Below are positions 57,890 through 64,000 of a DNA stretch of 64,000 nt, piece by piece; the first letter of the stretch is position 1; each line of letters begins with the position of its first letter. The translations under genes were made by a program, and so were the position numbers. Under the pieces are notes generated by a model that saw only the letters and a program-made list of their open reading frames with translations, ran no database searches and was not told the DNA's origin. The stretch covers positions 106,144-170,143 of the forward strand of contig JALHOP010000010.1 of assembly GCA_022842935.1 (NCBI GenBank). The letters run 5' to 3'. Source of the stretch: Myxococcota bacterium (lineage in GTDB: Bacteria > Myxococcota > XYA12-FULL-58-9 > JALHOP01).

Positions 57890-58672
57890 CTAGATGCTCT
57901 GGAGGCGGCCACCATCGGCCGCGAGACTGACACCACGGATAAACGAGGCGAGCGGTGAGGCGAGGAAGACGATGGCGGCCGCGATCTCGTCCGCCGTGCC
58001 GAGGCGCTTTTCGGGCACCGCGGAGAGCCACTCGGCGAGCACAGCGTCGCCCGAAATGCCGCGACGCTTGCCTGCCCCTTCGCGCAGCTCGAGCATGCGC
58101 TCCGTGTCAGTGTAGCCCGGCAAGACGTTGTTGATGGTGACGCCCGGCGGCAGCTCACGCGACAGTGTCTTCGCCCAACCAGCCACTGCGGCGCGGCAGA
58201 TGTTCGAGACGCCGAGGCCCGCGATCGGCTCCTTCACCGAGGTCGACACGACGTTGATGATGCGTCCATAGCCGGCGCTCACCATGGCTGGGACGACGAG
58301 CTTGGTGATGGCGTGCGGCGTAAGCACCAGCCGCCCCATCGCCTTGAGGATCGCGCCTTCGTCAGCTTCGAGCAGCGGACCACCGGGTGGACCACCGGTG
58401 TTGTTCACCAAGACGTGGACCGGCGCACGCGCAACGACCTCTCTGACCTTGGCGACCGTTGCATCACGCTCGTCGAGGTCGGCAGCCAGAGTCTCGACAC
58501 CCGCGGCTCCTGCCTTCGTCAGCTCGCCAGCGAGGAGGTCAAGCGCGTCCTGGCGTCGGGCGACGATGGTAAGCCTCGCCCGGGCCGAGGCAAAGCCAAA
58601 CGCGGCGGCTCGACCGATGCCGCGGCTCGCGCCGAAGAGCAAAACGTGTTTGCCGCCGAGGTCCATCTGCAT
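57890..58672 (-). CDS. Short-chain dehydrogenase/reductase (SDR).
   Basis: GASRGIG cofactor motif and Y-x3-K active site. Confidence 0.85.
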   Translation of the reverse strand: MQMDLGGKHVLLFGASRGIGRAAAFGFASARARLTIVARRQDALDLLAGELTKAGAAGVETLAADLDERDATVAKVREVVARAPVHVLVNNTGGPPGGPLLEADEGAILKAMGRLVLTPHAITKLVVPAMVSAGYGRIINVVSTSVKEPIAGLGVSNICRAAVAGWAKTLSRELPPGVTINNVLPGYTDTERMLELREGAGKRRGISGDAVLAEWLSAVPEKRLGTADEIAAAIVFLASPLASFIRGVSLAADGGRLQSI

Positions 58673-58684
58673 GCGGACCGCGGT

Positions 58685-59320
58685 CTATCCCGTCAGGATG
58701 GTCTCGGCAATCTCTCGCGGATGGCCGACCAGATGGTCGGCGCCGGCCCTTTCGAGCTCATCGCGGCCTCGGATCCCGTAGGTGCATCCAATCGTGCGCG
58801 CGCCATAGGCCTTACCCGTCAGGACGTCGACCGCGCTGTCACCGACCATCCAGACCTGGGCGAACCTGCGCGCGCCAACCAGCTGCGCGATGACCTCGCG
58901 CGATGGCTTCTTGAACGCCCAGGTATCGCCGCCGCCGACTGCCTCGAAGCGCCGCAGCATGCCGAAGTGCTCGAGCATCTGAAGCACGAACCGCTCCGAC
59001 TTGTTGCTCGCGACCGCGAGCCGACAGCCTCGAAGGGCGTCGAGCATGCTTTCGACCCCGTCGTAGGGCGCGGAGGTGGCGAACATGAGCCTCTCGTAGT
59101 GTGCCCTGTAGCAGCGCTTGAGCTCCTCGTGCGCGACACCCGTCGGCAGCGCCTCGGCGATGAGATGATCGAGGCCTTCGCCGATCCATGTACGGACGGT
59201 GTGAGGATCGACAGCGGAGCCGCCCAGCTCGACGCGCGCGGCCGACAGCGCAGCGGCAATATCACCCAGCGTGTCCACCAGGGTGCCGTCGAAGTCGAAA
59301 ACCACGAGCGCTTCTGTCAT
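58685..59320 (-). CDS. HAD-family hydrolase (phosphoglycolate-phosphatase-like).
   Basis: VVFDFDGTLVDT motif I; C-terminal GDS motif. Confidence 0.8.
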   Translation of the reverse strand: MTEALVVFDFDGTLVDTLGDIAAALSAARVELGGSAVDPHTVRTWIGEGLDHLIAEALPTGVAHEELKRCYRAHYERLMFATSAPYDGVESMLDALRGCRLAVASNKSERFVLQMLEHFGMLRRFEAVGGGDTWAFKKPSREVIAQLVGARRFAQVWMVGDSAVDVLTGKAYGARTIGCTYGIRGRDELERAGADHLVGHPREIAETILTG

Positions 59321-59340
59321 CACGTCTCCAGAACGCAACA

Positions 59341-59377
59341 AAGCCCCCGTTCACTTCACTCGTGTGAACGGGGGCTT
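59341..59377 (-). terminator. Perfect 14-bp hairpin (AAGCCCCCGTTCAC / GTGAACGGGGGCTT, 9-nt loop) downstream of the TonB-dependent receptor gene and about 20 bp upstream of the HAD start.
   Basis: Perfect inverted repeat. A T/G-rich tract follows it on the minus strand. Confidence 0.55.
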
Positions 59378-59408
59378 CGTTAAGTGTGGTCGGAGAGCTA
59401 ACCGAAAG

Positions 59409-62400
59409 CTAGAAGCTGTAGCGAAGCGCGAACTGCACGGTCAGGGGCGCTTGATACTGCGTTGGCTGCCGGTAGTTCGGGTTGACGCGCACCGGCCGGC
59501 CGTCGACCGTTCGCACGTGCCGCAGATCGCTACGACGACCGTTGACGATGGGGTCAGCGTCCTCGAACGTGTACGTGTCGTCGACGCGCGTCGCGCCCTG
59601 ATTGTTGGTGACATTGTAGATGTCAGTGCGGAAGTCGAGGTACTGCAACGGCTCGATCTGATAGCGAATCGTCGCGCTGACGTCCGCGCTCCAGATCCAC
59701 GGCGTACGACCACCCTCACCCCGCTTGATCAGGAAGGCCTCGTCGGTGCCATAGGCAGGATCTGAGCCCAGCGCGTCGTACGGTCGCCCGCTGCTCGCAT
59801 TGATACCGGCGCCGGGGATGATGATGATCGGGAGCGAGCTGCCGAGCTTGCGCAGGTCACCCTGATAGAAGCCGAAAAACTTGAGCCGATGACGCTGATC
59901 TTGCGGCAGGTAACCGCTGCGATTCACCAGCAGGGTCGGAAGATCGTAGGTCGTCGTAATGTTGGGGTCGAGCTGACCGTTGTTCTCGGAGAACAACCCC
60001 GGGAAGTTACCGCGCGTCCACGACAACAGGTACGACGCCTGAATCTGGAAGTCGTTCCGGAAGCGCTTGTCGAGGTTGAACTGAATCGCAAGATAGCGAC
60101 GCACGGGTTTCGGGAAGTTGTTGATCGCAGCCAAGCGGTTGCGCAGCTGCTGCAGTCGTCCGCGCTTTAGTGGGTCCGTCTCGCGGGCGATATCTTGGTC
60201 AACGTCCTCAAGTCGGTTGACGTCGAACTCACCCGGGTTTGCGACGAGATACGTCGAGCCGCCGTCGGTCGACACGTCTTCGATACCGCGACCGAGGTTA
60301 CGGTGAATGGCCGTAATGGCACCAACCCAGCTCGGCAGGAACTCAACCTGCGCGCCCAGCTGGACTTCCTCGGTGTACTGGCCCTTGAGCCCGGGTGCGA
60401 CCAAGCCCGAGGTCTGGCCAAACGCAAGCCGCCGATAGAACTGCGCACATTGCTGCACGACATCCGTGACCAGGTTCGGATCGCCTGCGCAGCGTCCCGT
60501 GCCCACCGTGCCGGGCGCGCCAGCCCCAGCGCCCGTTGGATTCAGTCGGTAGTCGGTGATGCCGATACCTTCACCGCCGAACTGACGGTCGGTGATGTCG
60601 AGCGGGATCTGCTGGTAGAAGCGGCCCCAATTGGCGAAAATCTTCGAACGGCCGCCACCGAGGAAGTCCCAGGTACCGCCGAAACGCGGAGCCCAGTTGT
60701 CCCAAATCGCCAGGCTCTCAACGCGGTCGCCGGTCGCCCCGGTGTAGTCGAGACCAAACAGCTGTTGTCCTTCCCAGCGGACACCAGCGTTGATGGTGAT
60801 GTTCGACGTTGGGTTCCACGAGTCCTGAAGGAAGGCCGCCCAGGTGCGTCCAGCGGTATCGCCGACGACGCCGCGCGGGTCGGGTCTGCCGCTGATGTCC
60901 TCGTTCGGGCGGAAGTACGATTGCTCGCGAATGCGGTCGTCGCCGTTGGCGTAGAAATCCGCAGTCACCGTCTTGAAACCGCCTCCGCCGTAGCGGCGGC
61001 GGTTGTAGTAGGCGTTCTGTTCGAAATCGATACCGTACTTGAGCTGATGGAGACCGGCGAAGTTGCCGATGTGGGTGATCGAGAGTCGCTCGGCGAACCG
61101 GTCCGCGACGGTGGTCTTGACGTTGCCGAGACCGTAGCCGTTCACACCGTAGCCTTGCACGACGCAGCGGCTCTGGCCGTTCGCAAAGTCGGCACCGGCC
61201 TGGCATTCGGGAGCATCGACACCTGGCGTTGCGGACGCACCCCACTGAGCCGCGACATCGCGATAGTTACGCGCGTAGTTGTAGCTGTAGAGCGCCGAGC
61301 CAGGTCCGTCACCGGCCACCGGCTTGATGATGCTCTCGTTATGGAACCAGCCGAACGAGCCATCGAGCTGCAGCTTGTTGTCGAAGAACTTACCGGTAAT
61401 TCGGTAGAGCGCCGACATGTTGCCCGCATTTTCTTTGTAGCGAGCTGAGTTCGGCGCGTTGTTCAGATCGATGATATCCGGGTTACTGGCGAAGGGATTC
61501 TGGCGAATACCCTTGAAATACGTCGGCGCGCCGGTGACCGAAAGCGAGTGACGCAGGTTGCTGTTGATGAGGTGGGTCAGCTTGCCGGTGAATTGGTGCG
61601 ACAAGACGTTCGAGTCGAAACGATCGCTCGCGACGTCTTCGGTGACGAACGCACCATCGGCGTCGAGGAGCGCGTTGCCGTCCGCGCCTGGGACGCGTGC
61701 ACGCAGGGTCCGTGTCCAGCGGTCCTGCTGGAACTCGGGCGCGTAGCCCGCGTGGAACCACAGCTTGTCCTTGATGATCGGACCGCCGATCTCAAAACCA
61801 GCATTGAGATAGTGACCAAGCTTCTGGCTCTCGGCAATCGACTCGCCAGCGCGATTGATGCGCTTCGACGTGCGCGACAAGAAGCCCGGCCGCCAGTAGG
61901 TGAAGACCGTCCCGTGAAACTCGTTGCCACCGCTCTTGGTGATCGCTTCGACGTATCCACCGGTCGCGCGACCGAACTCGGGCTGATACCCACCTTCCTT
62001 GATGTTTACTTGCTCGACGAACTCGAGCACCAAGCGTTGGCCCTGCAAGCCGTACCCGATGTCATTGGTCGACAAGCCGTCGATCATGAATTGGTTTTCG
62101 GGCGAGGTGGTGCCACCAATCGAGGTACCAAATCGGTCGTTGCTCGCAGACGGCAACACGTTGATGGCGCTGGAGATGTCGCGGGTCCGACCCAACGGCA
62201 CGCTCTCGATGAACTCGCGCGTCACCGTCGTTCCCACGGTCGTCGACGAAACGTCGACCGAAGGGGCCGGAGCCTCGACGGTCAAAACCTCACCCTGCGC
62301 CTGTGAGGTCGCAAGACGGATGTCGACGGTCACTGTTTGGCCCGCCAGGACGCGAACGCCTGTGCGCTCGACGGCAACCCCAGCAAACGAGTAGTTGATG

Positions 62401-62639
62401 CGGTACTCGCCGCTTGGCAGATTGGTGATGACGTAGCGACCATTTTCGTCGCTCAAGGCCACTTCTTCGCCTTGCAGTGCGGTGGATGTCGCAACGATCG
62501 TCGCACCCGAGAGCGGTGCATTGTTGTTGTCAGGATCCGTGACGGTGCCGCGGAGGGCGCCGGTCACGGATTGCGCGTGGGCCGTCGTCGCCGACAAACC
62601 GACGAGGGCGATGGCAGCTACAAGAAGACGCATTTTCAT
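59409..62639 (-). CDS. Oar-like TonB-dependent outer-membrane receptor with an N-terminal carboxypeptidase-regulatory-like domain.
   Basis: Signal peptide (MKMRLLVAAIALVGLSATTAHAQ), CarboxypepD_reg-like N-terminus, plug and barrel. C-terminal ...FALRYSF with a terminal aromatic residue. Confidence 0.85.
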   Translation of the reverse strand: MKMRLLVAAIALVGLSATTAHAQSVTGALRGTVTDPDNNNAPLSGATIVATSTALQGEEVALSDENGRYVITNLPSGEYRINYSFAGVAVERTGVRVLAGQTVTVDIRLATSQAQGEVLTVEAPAPSVDVSSTTVGTTVTREFIESVPLGRTRDISSAINVLPSASNDRFGTSIGGTTSPENQFMIDGLSTNDIGYGLQGQRLVLEFVEQVNIKEGGYQPEFGRATGGYVEAITKSGGNEFHGTVFTYWRPGFLSRTSKRINRAGESIAESQKLGHYLNAGFEIGGPIIKDKLWFHAGYAPEFQQDRWTRTLRARVPGADGNALLDADGAFVTEDVASDRFDSNVLSHQFTGKLTHLINSNLRHSLSVTGAPTYFKGIRQNPFASNPDIIDLNNAPNSARYKENAGNMSALYRITGKFFDNKLQLDGSFGWFHNESIIKPVAGDGPGSALYSYNYARNYRDVAAQWGASATPGVDAPECQAGADFANGQSRCVVQGYGVNGYGLGNVKTTVADRFAERLSITHIGNFAGLHQLKYGIDFEQNAYYNRRRYGGGGFKTVTADFYANGDDRIREQSYFRPNEDISGRPDPRGVVGDTAGRTWAAFLQDSWNPTSNITINAGVRWEGQQLFGLDYTGATGDRVESLAIWDNWAPRFGGTWDFLGGGRSKIFANWGRFYQQIPLDITDRQFGGEGIGITDYRLNPTGAGAGAPGTVGTGRCAGDPNLVTDVVQQCAQFYRRLAFGQTSGLVAPGLKGQYTEEVQLGAQVEFLPSWVGAITAIHRNLGRGIEDVSTDGGSTYLVANPGEFDVNRLEDVDQDIARETDPLKRGRLQQLRNRLAAINNFPKPVRRYLAIQFNLDKRFRNDFQIQASYLLSWTRGNFPGLFSENNGQLDPNITTTYDLPTLLVNRSGYLPQDQRHRLKFFGFYQGDLRKLGSSLPIIIIPGAGINASSGRPYDALGSDPAYGTDEAFLIKRGEGGRTPWIWSADVSATIRYQIEPLQYLDFRTDIYNVTNNQGATRVDDTYTFEDADPIVNGRRSDLRHVRTVDGRPVRVNPNYRQPTQYQAPLTVQFALRYSF

Positions 62640-62686
62640 GTCAGCAAGTCCTCGAAGTGTGCTTTTGCGGGCAGGCATTGTCGGCG

Positions 62687-63811
62687 CTACTCGACGGTGA
62701 GCGGAACGATTTGGATGTCGCTTGCCGACGTGTTGCCGAAGGCATCGGCGAACGACGGGTCGATGCGAAGCTCGTAGTCTCCAGCGGCAAGAGGCACCGC
62801 GGGAACGACCTGCAACGCGTTGAGATGAGGTTCTGGATCGAGGCTGTCGCCGCTTTCCTCGTCGACCAGCGGACCGCTCTGGAAGGCGGTCACGGTAACG
62901 GCGAGGGGTGTGAGCGGATCGTCGAGAGAGACCAGCGTGAAGGCAGTCGCCGAGTCGGCAACCGACACGTCGGTATTGAACTCAACAAGAATGGCGGACT
63001 CGTCTTCATAGGTTGTGGGATCGTCCTCGACAACCAAGCTGGCATCGGACGGAAGAGCTGGTGCCGTCACCGAGGTGACCGCGATCGCGTCGGTGAGGAA
63101 CACAACGACGGCGGCTATACCCCGACCGGCAGCATCGGCGACCTTGCCGATGACCTCCTCTCGTCCACCGCCAGCCGGAATCTCGGTGCGATCGGCCGCA
63201 AGAATGCGGTTGCCATCGAGGTCTTCAATGACTCCAGCGTAGACGCGTACCTGGAATTCTTCCCCAGAGGGCAAGGTCGCGGATGGGGCGAGCGAGATAC
63301 CAACATCGCGAAACACCACGGACTCGATGGCCCGGATGTTGTTCAAGTAGGTCGCAACGGCCGGGATGACCTCTCCGGTCGCAACGCGAACGATGTCGAC
63401 AAGACCCTCCCGGCCGGTGATGTCGATGACGCCTGGATTATTCTCGGTCTGGCGATTGTTGGGATCACCCTCAGGGTCGACCGGCTCGTCCACGTTAATG
63501 GTCAAGTCTTGCAAGACATCGCGGTTCAACGGTTCGTTGAACAACACCTGGATGTCCGTAACGCTCGTTGGCAGGGAGGCTTCGGCGCCATACGCGACGG
63601 GAGCGCCCGTTCGATCGATGACCTCTTGAGGCGCGGGCACGTCCAGCGTCGTGACCACGGTCTCGTCGCCGTCATACCATTGAGCGCCGATGACTCCGGG
63701 GGATGACAAGTCATCGTTCTCGCAGGCGGCCAGGCTTGAGAGAGCGACGGCAGCCAACGCCGCGCAACGGATCAGACTGACATTGGAGATCGGCCTCAAT
63801 GTCCACTTCAT
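62687..63811 (-). CDS. Lipoprotein, hypothetical, co-transcribed between exbD and the TonB-dependent receptor.
   Basis: Lipobox LSSLAAC. Acidic, Pro/Asp-rich. ATGA overlap with the upstream ExbD gene. Confidence 0.55.
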   Translation of the reverse strand: MKWTLRPISNVSLIRCAALAAVALSSLAACENDDLSSPGVIGAQWYDGDETVVTTLDVPAPQEVIDRTGAPVAYGAEASLPTSVTDIQVLFNEPLNRDVLQDLTINVDEPVDPEGDPNNRQTENNPGVIDITGREGLVDIVRVATGEVIPAVATYLNNIRAIESVVFRDVGISLAPSATLPSGEEFQVRVYAGVIEDLDGNRILAADRTEIPAGGGREEVIGKVADAAGRGIAAVVVFLTDAIAVTSVTAPALPSDASLVVEDDPTTYEDESAILVEFNTDVSVADSATAFTLVSLDDPLTPLAVTVTAFQSGPLVDEESGDSLDPEPHLNALQVVPAVPLAAGDYELRIDPSFADAFGNTSASDIQIVPLTVE

Positions 63812-64000
63812 GGAGTAGCTCCAGTTCCAGGTTCGGTCCGTACCGGTGGCTTAACTTGCAGCGCGACGGTCGTTGCACCCTCGCGTTTTGCGACAGCCAT
63901 CCAGCGAACAACGCTTCCGTAGTCAACTTCGTCACCAGCAACAAAAAACACCGTTCGATCGAGACGGTCTTCCAGCTCAGCACGCAGCTGCTGAGGCAAG
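63808..64000 (-). CDS. exbD: ExbD/TolR biopolymer-transport protein (C-terminal part only; the 5' end lies beyond the window).
   Basis: RTVFFVAGDEVDYGSVVRWMAVAKREGATTVAL is the ExbD/TolR periplasmic-domain signature. Confidence 0.7.
   Translation of the reverse strand, partial: LPQQLRAELEDRLDRTVFFVAGDEVDYGSVVRWMAVAKREGATTVALQVKPPVRTEPGTGATP

Noticed and set aside
56671-58158. 495-aa version of the LLM monooxygenase ORF, and the overlapping alternative-frame ORFs at 56710-57930.
   Set aside because: The first 94 codons translate to Ser/Arg/Pro-rich low complexity and would overlap the upstream SDR gene. The family-typical N-terminus begins at MRYDVFF (57876).

Overview
This is a 64 kb chromosomal segment from a very GC-rich bacterium (about 68-70% GC by eye). 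Reading all six frames by eye, I support about 55 protein-coding genes. I found no rRNA, tRNA, CRISPR array, transposase, integrase or prophage gene. The gene content (an Oar-like giant TonB-dependent receptor behind ExbD, a membrane pseudokinase fused to TPR repeats, many lipobox lipoproteins, a CarH-type B12 photoreceptor) suggests a myxobacterium-like delta-proteobacterium; that is inference only. Housekeeping genes: the oxidative pentose-phosphate operon zwf-pgl-gnd (minus strand, start/stop overlaps), ettA, rlmKL, prpD-prpB, apaG, and a YbbN-type thioredoxin. Accessory content, in order of interest: (1) A tightly coupled 8-gene minus-strand operon (51.5-59.3 kb) joins a kynurenine formamidase (KynB) with an AmnB/AmnA-type LigB extradiol dioxygenase pair, a hydroxymuconic/aminomuconic-semialdehyde-type aldehyde dehydrogenase, a tentative asparaginase-II-like amidohydrolase, a luciferase-like monooxygenase, an SDR and a HAD phosphatase. 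I read this as a non-canonical kynurenine / 2-aminophenol-type catabolic system. (2) The uncharacterised DNA-modification/repair pair: a radical SAM enzyme plus a DUF4130 uracil-DNA-glycosylase-family-4 fusion. (3) Three tandem paralogous, acidic, 12-cysteine secreted lipoproteins, the last one-base-overlapped with an OsmC/Ohr peroxiredoxin. (4) A CarH/LitR-type AdoCbl-binding MerR photoreceptor with a quinone oxidoreductase, facing an NAD-epimerase-SRPBCC fusion gene across a TGTCAA-N9-TTGACA palindrome. (5) A FliA (sigma-28)/FlgM pair with no flagellar genes nearby. (6) A receptor-like membrane pseudokinase with no N-lobe. I also list several strong GC-rich hairpins and repeat elements that look like terminators or operators. 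All family names come from reading the translations; none was checked by database search.
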